Shown here one piece after another: positions 29,892 to 40,306 of a DNA stretch of 64,000 nt. The notes beneath the pieces were generated by a model. That model saw only the letters and a list, made by a program, of their open reading frames with translations, made no database searches and was not told the origin of the DNA. Where the stretch lies: assembly GCA_977017575.1 (NCBI GenBank), contig CDRNVI010000024.1, positions 124,001 to 188,000 on the forward strand, given 5' to 3'. The translations under genes were made by a program, and so were the position numbers. Origin of the DNA: Paramoeba atlantica (Eukaryota; Protista; Discosea). The first letter of the stretch is position 1. Every line of letters starts with the position of its first letter.

Positions 29892-30549
29892 CACCCCCGT
29901 TCACCCTGTTTTACCCGGTATTATGCACCTCGAAAAAATGATTGAAACTGTGTAAAAAGTGGTTATTCGGCGTTTCTAGGAAGAGTTCTACTCAGGAAAA
30001 ATCTTTTTTGCCATGACAACCCCATTGTACTCGTTTGCGAGGGGGCGTAACTTTCAATTTTCCCGCAAAGTGATTTTTTTTTGGCATAACCAATTTTTCA
30101 CTTTGATAGTGGTTGCACGGAGGGAAGGGTGGTTTATAATGCAAGAATGTAATTTACAACTAACATCGTCATCCCACACACGAAAAAAGCCCTGTTCTCT
30201 TCTCGCAAAGTTGCTAGGTTCTCTAGCGCAATAGCAAAATGTTTGCAGTTTGTTTCCATTCAGAAGGCGGATTAGACCATCTTCTGGATGATACATTGGT
30301 CAATTGGCGTGCGAAATAAAGTTTTATAGCAAAAAAAAATTCGAAAATCTTGAAAAATACGAAATGTGAACGTAGAAAAATGGATAAAAATCACGTAAAT
30401 ATATTCTAGCTGCGTTAATATGGAGATAATGAACGAAAACATTTTTCTAAGGTGCACAACGGACGTACATGTTGTATCGCGAAGGAATTAGTTAAAAAGC
30501 TCCCACGAGCCGCTCAATCAATTACGGGCAGTAAATGTGAACGGGGGTA
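29892..30549. mobile_element. MITE-like element with 13-bp TIRs flanked by TA
   Basis: TA-CACCCCCGTTCAC (29892-29904) ... GTGAACGGGGGTA-TA (30537-30549); 12/13 match; AT-rich non-coding interior. Confidence 0.55.
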
Positions 30550-30681
30550 TACGATTAAATCGTTCCCATTCCAATGACACGACAATTCGAAATCACACAG
30601 TTTCGTGGTGAAGAATCAACTTAATAGGATAGTTGTATTCTTGTAATATACACATCATTTTTTGGTTACATACACATAAAA

Positions 30682-31014
30682 CTACCAATTTTTGGTATGC
30701 GGGTGCTCTCCTGATGGCCAAGTTTGCGGCATCGCTTGTCCCTGCGGCATTTCGCACAATGCATCAATTTCCTTCGGAATTTGTTGGGGGATATTCGATA
30801 GAGGAGCCCTTCTATAAAATACCTCCTTGGGATTCACCATAAACCACTCCTTTTCATAGGGTTCCACTAAGACCTGCCTGCGAAACTCTTCCCGCCCTCC
30901 GTAACTCCACAGCAATATTTTCCACAAAGCCCATATCCCGAAGAAACTCCCAATAGGCATTACGGAACACAGCAACCCTATTTCTGCATACGCTTTTAGG
31001 CGCTTCAGTCCCAT
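30682..31014 (-). CDS. Small single-TM hypothetical (probably mitochondrial) protein
   Basis: 110-aa ATG ORF, hydrophobic segment SVMPIGSFFGIWALWKILLW. Confidence 0.6.
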   Translation of the reverse strand: MGLKRLKAYAEIGLLCSVMPIGSFFGIWALWKILLWSYGGREEFRRQVLVEPYEKEWFMVNPKEVFYRRAPLSNIPQQIPKEIDALCEMPQGQAMPQTWPSGEHPHTKNW

Positions 31015-31440
31015 GTAGAAATATTGTTGAAGCTGAAGACGCTAGCAAATTCCTAAGGTGTATGGGCTATATTTGCATCACACTACATATTCTCCATACT
31101 GAAGGTTATATATTATTGTACATTATTTTATACATTATATTGTACATTACATGACGTCCATCCCAATATGTACATTGTACATTGGATTCTTTTCATAAGG
31201 ATACTTAATTGGTGAGAATTTTAGCAAGTAAACAGAGGTAAGAAAAACGCAAGATGACAATAAAGACCAAGATTGCGGCCAGACTTTGATTTTAACAGCC
31301 GATCTTTTTATCGGTGCTCGCTTTCGATGATTTTCTGACAAAAATTTGTACAGAAGAGAATATACGTTTGGGAAAGTAGATAAATGACCGAGAATCGAAG
31401 TATTTCTCACTAAATACATGGCAAATATTAGATTTTGGTT

Positions 31441-32319
31441 CTATTTTGGCTCTAGATTCTGATGGCGCAAGAGTTTCCTGATCAAGAACGATTTCGCTCC
31501 AGGCAAATCACTGGTTTCAACTCCAAGTGATTTTAAAGAGGGTAGCGCCTTTGTAGGAAAACGAGAAAGATCAAGGCCAAATGAACGTTGCTGTGTAGCA
31601 AATTGAGCTAGAAAAGCAAAATATTTCCCATTCTGGGTCGATGGATATACAGATGAGAATGCATTGTCTTCCAAACGAATTAGAGAAGAAACCTCCTTCT
31701 CACTGCTGTTTTCTGCTCCCCGGATGCTTAGCGCTTCTTTCACTTCTACGACGGAAGTAAGATATGTAGCGACAGCTCGCTGCATCATTTTGAGTTCTTG
31801 TTCCTTTCCAAGGCTACGCCTTTTTAGTGTGTCCAACTCCATTCGTGCCATATAGTGCTCTTTCTTTCGCTCAGCAATCATACAGTTCACATCCAGAAGT
31901 TGCATCTCAATGTTGAATAAAAAAGACTTTTCTTCCGATTGTTTCTTTTGCACGTCAATTAATTTTTTCTGCAAGGACATCAAGTATAAGAGCCGCTTTT
32001 CATGTTGCGTACGAAAATGTTCAATCTGCCGCATAAACTCTATTTGAGATTGATCAGAGAGCGAATTTTGTTTTGGAACATTTGGCGCCTCAAGCTTTGA
32101 TTTGTGTGCACAAGATTCGGACAGCTCTCTTTCTGAGGACTTGCTTCTCAGAATGCATTCATCGAGATCAATATCCATAGCAACTGTTCTGAAAGAACCG
32201 CGCTCAGTTAATACGTTTTTCTGTGATACAACACTCGGACTATTTTTTTCAGATACACCCGGAACAGGAACAGAGATTAATTTTTCCGGATGACTGTTAT
32301 CGTCAATAAATTTTCCCAA
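31441..32319 (-). CDS. Coiled-coil protein; true start uncertain
   Basis: Heptad-rich centre. First in-frame ATG is 32178. An ATG at 32333 is one base out of frame across a homopolymer run (possible indel). Confidence 0.7.
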   Translation of the reverse strand: MGKFIDDNSHPEKLISVPVPGVSEKNSPSVVSQKNVLTERGSFRTVAMDIDLDECILRSKSSERELSESCAHKSKLEAPNVPKQNSLSDQSQIEFMRQIEHFRTQHEKRLLYLMSLQKKLIDVQKKQSEEKSFLFNIEMQLLDVNCMIAERKKEHYMARMELDTLKRRSLGKEQELKMMQRAVATYLTSVVEVKEALSIRGAENSSEKEVSSLIRLEDNAFSSVYPSTQNGKYFAFLAQFATQQRSFGLDLSRFPTKALPSLKSLGVETSDLPGAKSFLIRKLLRHQNLEPK

Positions 32320-32432
32320 CTAGATTCCAACATTCTTCTGAAATTCTCTGTTGCTTATTTCATGATTGAAAAAGCAATTGATCAATAGAAACTGAATAGA
32401 AATGGCACACGTTGCAGTTACGGTATTGTAAA

Positions 32433-33069
32433 GGGGGGGCTCGTTTATTTTTAATATTCGCTTATTGTTAACAATCAATAAATTCATTTATTGTTAACAT
32501 ACGATTATTGTTAACAATGAATTAATTTCGTTTTTTCGTGTGGCAGTCACACTGTGACTGTTCAATTTTTTTTCCCCTATGATCATGTTTTATAATAAAA
32601 CATGATCATAGGGAACAAAAATCCGCTATAAAATAAAGTGTTCATGATAAGGAAAAGGATGCGCTTAAGGATATGCGAAACAATGTTATTGAAACAACAG
32701 ACTTTGAGTCGCCCGACGATGGCAGCCTCCAGAGATAAAACGTTGAGAAGGCAAGTAAACGGTACCTCACCCGACATCGCACTTCGATTCCCATAACTCA
32801 GTTTTGGATGAAACTGGATGGCAATTGAAAACTGCGCAGTTCCCTAAAGAGGAGTCATTGGAGAGTCGTTAGTAGTTTCGGCGATTGCCAGTGACCTTCA
32901 GCGACCTCCAGAGAGTGCCCAAATACTCCCCATTGTTAACAATATTCGAACTTACATTGCAACTCGTATAATGTTAACATTGGGGGGTAAAAGTTAGATT
33001 ATTGTTAACATTCGATTATTGTTAGCGCATTGCTCGAAAAAATTGTTAACAATAAACGAGTCCCCCCCC
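32433..33069. mobile_element. MITE-like element with G7/C8-ended TIRs and subterminal ATTGTTAACA repeats
   Basis: GGGGGGG-CTCGTTTATT (32433-32449) vs AATAAACGAG-T-CCCCCCCC (33051-33069); about eight (A)TTGTTAACA-type copies clustered near both ends. Confidence 0.6.
32575..32613. repeat. Perfect 18-bp-arm palindrome
   Basis: CCCTATGATCATGTTTTA-TAA-TAAAACATGATCATAGGG. Confidence 0.9.
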
Positions 33070-33090
33070 ATTTAATTACGTTCGTATTTA

Positions 33091-33213
33091 ATTTTTCTTT
33101 TTTAGTGGCTTCATTAAACGCGGCGGTTGTTTTCAACTTCGAACTCACTCATGCTGCGCGCTTCGCGTTGAAAACTGCCTCCGCGTTTAACGAAGCCACT
33201 AAAAAAGAAAAAT
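33091..33213. repeat. Fold-back element with ~47-bp arms
   Basis: ATTTTTCTTTTTTAGTGGCTTCATTAAACGCGGCGGTTGTTTTCAAC vs reverse complement of 33167-33213, four mismatches. Confidence 0.85.
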
Positions 33214-34341
33214 CGTGAAAAAATCATGAATAACTAATTTTTGGGTGAAAATCACAAATTTTTGAGCCAAAATTGCGAAATTTTAACCCGAATTTGGGCC
33301 GTTTTTGATGTGTTACCAGAGGCGTAGGAGGCGAATCTGTCGAAAAAAACGTCATAGAGTGGTAGATGAGGTTCCGAACTCTCAAAATACGTTTTAGGAG
33401 TCCACTTTGGAAAAACGATATTTTTACTTTTTTTTTGGTCATCCCAAAAATTTCGGAAATTTTGACCTTGTCCGACCGCTCCTGCGCGTACCAGGTGGGG
33501 GGTACCACCAGGTGGGGGGTGGGAAATTATCTCCGCGGCATACTCTAACACTTCCCTGGGCTCTATTTTGAAAAGCAAAAAATTCGAAAAAAAAATCGCA
33601 ACGTATGCCCCCCCTGGACCCCCCATTTTTTCGACTTTTTTTTCAGTTTTGGACCACCCTTTAATATTTTCTTCTTCTATATATTACTGTGTTCCTCTTT
33701 ATATTTTCATTGTTTTTGTTAACTTTTTTTTTAATAATCGAGGGTAGAGCGGTAGTTATACAACCACCGCAATTACGGATATTATTTAATTAACATCGTT
33801 TTTGCCGAGAAAAACACTCAAATTGATTTGAGTTTTCAGTTTTTCGGGAATTCGAAATGTCAGCAACTATCGATGTCACATTGACAGTTGATATGTCAGA
33901 CAAAAATGAACATCAGGAGGTTTGAACAGCGGAGTCGATTCAGCGGGTAGCCGATCTTGAAAAATATTTCAACAGTTCGGGTTTTACTCTACTAACTGGG
34001 GTTTTTCGTGGTTTTTACTCGGTGTACCTTGATAACATACCGGGGGGGGGTATGTTAAATAGGTATGTGGTTTATATCTATTATCTTCACCCCCTTCACT
34101 TCAAAACAATCTACGTACAACCCCGTTCACCAAAAATGGGATCAACACACAGAATGGGACCTGCACAGAATGTGACTTGTTTTTAAATAAGACCAATATA
34201 GTAATTATTTGTATTTTATCCTCTTTTTGTTTAATTAACAGGACTTGAAGATTTTTAAAAATTATTAAGAAACGTTCTCCAAATTTTAATATTTCTCGAG
34301 ATTTCAGTACATTTCTCCGGTTCTATTCATTTGATCAACCT

Positions 34342-34577
34342 ATGAGTTGTAGCGATAGTGCAGAACTGTCGAGCGGGCGTCTCTTTCGGAAGGAGACAAT
34401 ACCGATTATCATCCATCAGATGAAATGGAATCAGATTATTCTGAACCGATGAAATCTAATTTTGAAACAAATGCTACTCTCCGAAGGAAGACATCTTGTC
34501 GTCCTTATCGGATTACTCTATGTACTCTACTTCTTCTAGCTGTTCTGATTCTTCTGGTCATTCACCTTGTAGCGTAA
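34342..34577 (+). pseudogene. Frameshifted (or mis-sequenced) small tail-anchored protein on the + strand
   Basis: MSCSDSAELSSG then, after one extra G in the GGG run, ASLSEGDNTDY...RPYRITLCTLLLLAVLILLVIHLVA*. An uninterrupted 50-aa version starts at ATG 34425. Confidence 0.35.
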
Positions 34578-34681
34578 CATAAAACTGAATCTACACGTTT
34601 CAAAGTACGAACTACTCGATGTACTTTATCGAAGAATTTATAAAGTGTTTCGATGAAAAACGGAAACTAATGCTGAATTCA

Positions 34682-35197
34682 TTATTTCTCAAAATAATGG
34701 CACGTAATTTCCTCGAAGATAATGTCCCCATCCGTATCTACCACGGCCAATATTATTTTGGTGGTCCCTGTTAGCAGTTTGAGTTGTGTGCATGGACAAA
34801 GTGTGCAGTATTTTTCGTGGATATCGGCGAATATATCAAACTCAGCTTGTACATCCCGTCGGTTACCATGTAGAATGATGTCCTGGATTTCATTCAGTGA
34901 GCAGGAAAAAATTCGAATGAAAGTGGCTAGCTTTTCCACACTTAGTTTGAAGTCGGATGTGACTGGAATAATCACACGGTTTCCTGGAAGCCATATAAAG
35001 TAAATGAAATCCCACCCAAATCTAAAATATTGACCTCGGGCATGGAAAACAGGTACAAACCTGACAAGGGTGTCGCATGCTTGATGAAAAAACGCGACTA
35101 GGCAGTGAGTTGATACAGCATTAGGCAATGGTCCTAGTTGTGCAGCCACATATTCCAGTCGGTCCCTTGCAACTAAGGACCACGATGGGTTGGACAT
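34682..35197 (-). CDS. SEN15: tRNA-splicing endonuclease subunit Sen15-like
   Basis: VIIPVTSDFKLSVEKLATF and KIILAVVDTDGDIIFEEI resemble the Sen15 signature (P..S...L; LAIVD.D.T.VYY). Confidence 0.55.
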   Translation of the reverse strand: MSNPSWSLVARDRLEYVAAQLGPLPNAVSTHCLVAFFHQACDTLVRFVPVFHARGQYFRFGWDFIYFIWLPGNRVIIPVTSDFKLSVEKLATFIRIFSCSLNEIQDIILHGNRRDVQAEFDIFADIHEKYCTLCPCTQLKLLTGTTKIILAVVDTDGDIIFEEITCHYFEK

Positions 35198-35459
35198 TCA
35201 TCCGTTGAATATTGGGCAGAATTCCCGCCTATAAAGTGGAGTAAAAGGAGAAGTAAAAAACTATGTTCCACATAAATTCAAAAGTAAAAAATACGATTTC
35301 ATAGAAAATATACACAAAAATGTATTCATAAAAATATACATAAAATAGAGAGCAACAGAGGGAACTTTTTTCAACTTATACGTAAGAAAGAAAGCTATCT
35401 GAGTCCGGGTAGAATATCCGATGTTGAACATCGCACTTACTTGGCGGAGAAAAATAGAT

Positions 35460-37262
35460 TTATATTTTTGCAGCAGGATTTGCGGTACAATCCTCCTCCT
35501 TATAGGTAATAGCGAGAGTTGTAGAAGACAAGTCATCCTCCAGTAACAGTTGTGCAGATGTTGTTGATAAGCCAGGGTAGACCGCTTCTTCATCAACATA
35601 GGAACATATTACGGTTCGGCCATTAAATCTCCGCCCGGAAAGTGTTTGCTGCGCCAAGGTAGCTTCCTGCGATGTGCGATATACGGCGAAAGCTCGGCCA
35701 ACTGCGCCACGCACCGGGTGTTTCAACTCCCGAAAAAACTTTTCCATGGCGTCGTCAAAAGTTTCGTCGGTTGACAAGGGTACAGAGGTACTCTTCTCTC
35801 CACTATCCGTTATGGCTAACGGTTTTTGACTCTCTGGTGCTCGAGTGGGAACTTTTGGTGGATACCTTGTGATAATCAATTCTTCTAAGCACCCATAAGT
35901 CTCTAGCTCCGACTCAATGTCTTCGCGCAAATTTTCAAAATCCTCATCATCGTCGAGTTCCGACTCATCCACAAGATTGAGCAGCACAAGAACGCGTGTG
36001 GGCCCTCGTAGTCTACGTCCGCGGAAGTACCTTTGAACCACTCCTTCTATATTCTCATCAGGGTGCAACAGTGCTTTAAGAAAAGCATTCTTACGAGCCT
36101 CGTGCCCTGCATCCTCGGCGCAAATGAGCGATGCGCTAGACGCAACGGTCCGATCCGTCACTGCAATATACTGTGACAAAATCGATGGAGGACAAACAGA
36201 CGACAGCAACCGCAATAGTCCATCGGGAATTGACAACAAATTGCGCTGAACGGTGCTCCAGCGATCGTAGTGAGTCGCCACCCGACAATGCAGCGCGATC
36301 CCATTCCATTCCTCGCCGTCCAAGGCGGCAATAAGATTCTTCACCCCCTCCGGAGTATCATACAGAAAAAAAGCACACCCCGAATTCTGCGCAGAAGACT
36401 CCCCAGCAGAGAGAAACCACATATCTTGTACATTTCCAATTTCCGGGTCTGAAAACATTTCAACCAGCGCGTTTTTATCACCTTCCGATACCGGAAGCCC
36501 TGCAACATAGGCAAGGCACGGAATCGGAGTCTCCCCCATCGGGTCCTCCGGGGCGTTCTTCACTTTTCGTACCTTTAACAGCCCTGTGGCTCGGTGTCGG
36601 TTGGTGAACGGGGCGGTGTCCAGGGCGAGCGCTGCCACAGCATACCGTTCGTGGCGGAAATACACAAAACAGTAACGGTAGGGCTGGGTGAGATCGCCAG
36701 CCATCTCTACCCGCACCACAGGGGGCTGGGACGCATCATCGCTTCCTGAGGAAACGCTCGGGGAGGGGGGGAGAGAGGATTGAAAAAAGTGACACACATC
36801 AAGGTCGGTGGTGCCCTGGGGGAGGCCCCCGATGTAGAGTCTCCGTGCAGCATCTTGGGCCTCGGGGAGGAGTCTGGGGAACAGGGTTTCAGCAATGGAT
36901 TGTGAGAGATATCTAGCGGAGGGAACAAAATTGAAAGCACGAAGAAAAGGTACAAAACTACTCGGCACTGCATTAGTATACGGGACAAGAGCCCCATCAG
37001 TCCGATCGATATTACTATGTGATTTTTCTATTTTATTGTTTTTTGTATTGTGATCAGAAGACTGAGATATATTACTTGTAGAGGATACATTATCAGATTT
37101 TAAAGAAACAGATCGAGATGCAGATCTAGTACCCAAGATGACCTCAGAAAGCTCATCTATCGATACATTGGGAACAGCTTCAGACTCGGATTTTTCTCGT
37201 TGCTTCTTTGGATATATTTCTTTGTTTTGAGCATGGTGGACATACTCGTAGGTGCGCTTCAT
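35460..37262 (-). CDS. U2AF65: Splicing factor U2AF large subunit
   Basis: ARRLYIGGLP RRM1, AYVAGLP RRM2, PTRVLVLLNLV...REDIESELETYG UHM/RRM3, GRRFNGRTVIC. Confidence 0.88.
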   Translation of the reverse strand: MKRTYEYVHHAQNKEIYPKKQREKSESEAVPNVSIDELSEVILGTRSASRSVSLKSDNVSSTSNISQSSDHNTKNNKIEKSHSNIDRTDGALVPYTNAVPSSFVPFLRAFNFVPSARYLSQSIAETLFPRLLPEAQDAARRLYIGGLPQGTTDLDVCHFFQSSLPPSPSVSSGSDDASQPPVVRVEMAGDLTQPYRYCFVYFRHERYAVAALALDTAPFTNRHRATGLLKVRKVKNAPEDPMGETPIPCLAYVAGLPVSEGDKNALVEMFSDPEIGNVQDMWFLSAGESSAQNSGCAFFLYDTPEGVKNLIAALDGEEWNGIALHCRVATHYDRWSTVQRNLLSIPDGLLRLLSSVCPPSILSQYIAVTDRTVASSASLICAEDAGHEARKNAFLKALLHPDENIEGVVQRYFRGRRLRGPTRVLVLLNLVDESELDDDEDFENLREDIESELETYGCLEELIITRYPPKVPTRAPESQKPLAITDSGEKSTSVPLSTDETFDDAMEKFFRELKHPVRGAVGRAFAVYRTSQEATLAQQTLSGRRFNGRTVICSYVDEEAVYPGLSTTSAQLLLEDDLSSTTLAITYKEEDCTANPAAKI

Positions 37263-37790
37263 TTACAGGGTATTTAATTGGAAAAAAAGTGCCTTTTGAG
37301 TGCTTCTAGGTAACTAAAATAATCTATCGGCATGTTGTCTTAGAGGCGCTAGATAATCTAGTGTCTGTACAGTGACATAAATCAAATTTGTAGGACGCCA
37401 AACATTATTCATTAGAATAAAGGACACATTCAATACAATGTACATTGTATACCGTAACAAGAGAAACGAAATTGTATGTGTGACAACATACACAATGTAT
37501 AAAAAATACAGTGTATGCTCATGATGTGGTGCATACTGCGCTTTAACAAGTCAAGTCAACGCTGAAGCGTATCGGAATGCAAACAGGAAAATCTGTTTGC
37601 ATGAGCGCGACACAGTGGATGTATCGTCTGAGCGGACTCAGTACAGTTTGACATAAACCAATTGTGTATCTGTGTCAAATCTAAATAATCAGACGAATTG
37701 GACTGGTTTACTTAAACTTGGCATTGCACGCTTTCCAGCAACATAACTCTTTTAAACAAACTCTGAAGTGAAGTTACTGGGATGTACTAT

Positions 37791-38237
37791 TTACTCCTCA
37801 CTTGCCCATTCGTGTGGTATGGAGCGATCGGGAAAGTATTCTTTCCACAATGACTGCATCAATTTTTTACGTCCAGAATACTCGCCCCCATACGTCCCCA
37901 GACAATACTTCCAGTGAATGTCACTAAGTCGTTGCGCGGCGTTCTTTTTCTTTTCATCCCGCAAGCATCGGTAATACGCGTCTCGCTCTCTTTGACATTT
38001 CCACAAGGTCCATTGCTTGTCCTGCGTGCATCGCGCCATAGCCTTTTCATGTTCATAACAAGTCCGAGAAATCTCGCCTTTCAAAACGTTGTTCAGATCC
38101 GCTTGGACCCAATGGGGGACCGAACGTGCCCCTCTGCTGTCAATCATCGCGTAGTCCTCGTCTAATATGCGATGCATTGTATTCGGGCCAGAGCTTTGCC
38201 GAGAAAATGGAGACTCCTCATGCTGTATCGCACTCAT
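37791..38237 (-). CDS. CMC1: Twin CX9C protein, Cmc1-like (COX assembly)
   Basis: C-YEHEKAMAR-C ... WK-C-QRERDAYYR-C. Confidence 0.65.
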   Translation of the reverse strand: MSAIQHEESPFSRQSSGPNTMHRILDEDYAMIDSRGARSVPHWVQADLNNVLKGEISRTCYEHEKAMARCTQDKQWTLWKCQRERDAYYRCLRDEKKKNAAQRLSDIHWKYCLGTYGGEYSGRKKLMQSLWKEYFPDRSIPHEWASEE

Positions 38238-38494
38238 TGAAAATGGTTCTCGTTCTCAACGTGGAAGATATCAAAAGTGTTAATATTGGGGTACTTTAAG
38301 TTAGTATTTTCTATTATTTTTATTAAAGAACTTACATAAAGTTGACACATGCGTCATGCAAATAATCAAAATAAACAATTACATAAGCATTGTAAATGTG
38401 TTGTGCATACACGCTCGTATACGGTGGGCATACGAACCGTGTATCAATAATCATCTTCACAAAACATTTTGCTGATAAGCTACTATCATTCGAT

Positions 38495-40042
38495 TTATCC
38501 CTTTTTATGAAAAAGCGGAGTACTACACGGAAAAAGAGTCACGCCCCTCCATTCACCATATATAGTGGAAACTATCGAAAGCGATCCAAAATATTGTTTC
38601 AAGATCGAACGTAAGATGTCACATTCCTTGCATAGGTACCTCCACCAAGGTATGGACTTTGGGCTTATAGTTGTTACCCCAGATGAAAGTGTTTGCATAT
38701 GAACACTTACGGGATAGTTACTTCGATGTTGCATCCAATGTAGAGTCCACATAACAGGATTATTTACGACAAGCGCGGCCATTGTGACCATAAACACGCG
38801 AAGTAATCCTACTTTGAGTACCAGTATCGTGTAATAAAAGTAGTATAGTGCAATGGTTGGGTATAAAAAGCATAGCGGGGTAAACAGCAATGTCCCGAGA
38901 AGGAAACGATCGAGTTGAAAGTCGACGGTGTCAACACGATTGCCGCGCAAAGGATTTTTTTTCTTACCTCGGAATACGCGAAAAAGAGAACGAATAAATA
39001 TTAACACCGTGTGATAAAAGTAAGCCAGGAAGCTGTGCACAAGGTAAATATGCAATGACAGAAATGAAATAAAATCCGACATGACACACAGAATAAACGA
39101 GAGACCGAATGGCACCAAACATTGAAGACTGTAAAGCACGGCGGTGCTCTCAACAAAAGTACTAAATACCGGGAGGAAAGTCTTTACGACAAATAATGCT
39201 GTGTCGGCATGTAGCTCATTTAATGCCTCGTTGGACTTAAATCCCGCTGGCCATCCACGAAACCACTGGAGATACTCTACCGGTTCGTTGTACAGGAGAT
39301 CTGCGAGAAGGGACTTTAAATGGGATATAAATGGGAGCAGCGAGGTGAGGAACCATACCCCAAGAAATATGTCCACTAGTTCTAAAAGCAGCGTAAAATA
39401 TATTCCTGTGTGAAATACGCGACGACACCTTGCTTCTATGCATTGCAACGACTGTGGCTTTCCCACTGATTGTGCAAATTTTCTAAATACAAAAATCGGT
39501 ACATCACAAAGTCTTTTCAAAGGATACTGCGCACAGATGGCAATCCTTGAGACAATGTGAGCTATTCGACTCTGTGAGAAACATAAAACTGCAGAGTTGC
39601 TGCGAGGCTTCATTTTGGAACCTAGACCTCCGAAAAGCCATCTTGGGTAAGAAACCGATGGAATGTATGTATAGATTAGCACAATTTGAGGGATCTTAGT
39701 ATTCTTAGAAATAAAATTTGCTTTTTCACTCGCCCTGGTGGGAGGGAAAGTACGCTTGCACGCAACGAAACTATTTTCAGTGGTGTCCTCCAATATACAC
39801 CAGCAATCATCTGGAAGGCCGTCAGAAGCTTCACAAGTTTTTAAATCTGCGGGTGGAGTATCACTGCAAGATTTCAAACTCATCCATGCGAGCCTTCCCA
39901 AAAGAGAATCTTCCTTTAAATCTTTCGAATTTGAAGTGCAGGTGACCAATATGAAATTCTCTTTTCGGTACCCCCATAGAAAAGATCCACTTAAACATTT
40001 GATATGTCTCGGCCACAAAAGGTGCAAAACTTCCGAAGACAT
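38495..40042 (-). CDS. PIGQ: GPI-GlcNAc transferase subunit PIG-Q/Gpi1
   Basis: WFRGWPAGFKSNEALN, FRGKKKNPLRGNRVD, DRFLLGTLLFT. Confidence 0.9.
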   Translation of the reverse strand: MSSEVLHLLWPRHIKCLSGSFLWGYRKENFILVTCTSNSKDLKEDSLLGRLAWMSLKSCSDTPPADLKTCEASDGLPDDCWCILEDTTENSFVACKRTFPPTRASEKANFISKNTKIPQIVLIYTYIPSVSYPRWLFGGLGSKMKPRSNSAVLCFSQSRIAHIVSRIAICAQYPLKRLCDVPIFVFRKFAQSVGKPQSLQCIEARCRRVFHTGIYFTLLLELVDIFLGVWFLTSLLPFISHLKSLLADLLYNEPVEYLQWFRGWPAGFKSNEALNELHADTALFVVKTFLPVFSTFVESTAVLYSLQCLVPFGLSFILCVMSDFISFLSLHIYLVHSFLAYFYHTVLIFIRSLFRVFRGKKKNPLRGNRVDTVDFQLDRFLLGTLLFTPLCFLYPTIALYYFYYTILVLKVGLLRVFMVTMAALVVNNPVMWTLHWMQHRSNYPVSVHMQTLSSGVTTISPKSIPWWRYLCKECDILRSILKQYFGSLSIVSTIYGEWRGVTLFPCSTPLFHKKG

Positions 40043-40306
40043 GCAAGCTAGGTGTACTTACTCTGGGGTTGATTACATGACTACGTAATATAAAATAGGA
40101 GCACAAAAAATTTATCATTAACGACATAACAAATGCATTTGCATGCAGGTTTGCTGAATATTTGCACGTAGAAATCGCATGTAGAATCTCATAAATTTAT
40201 TAATATCTCATAAATTTATTAATCACTTCGAGTGAAACGCCTACATACTTCTGGAAATGTAATTGAAAAGTATAGTCTGATATGAATAATGAAAGCTGTC
40301 CTTTTT

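Noticed and set aside
40186-40223. 19-bp tandem duplication ATCTCATAAATTTATTAAT
   Set aside because: Simple local slippage in an AT-rich spacer.
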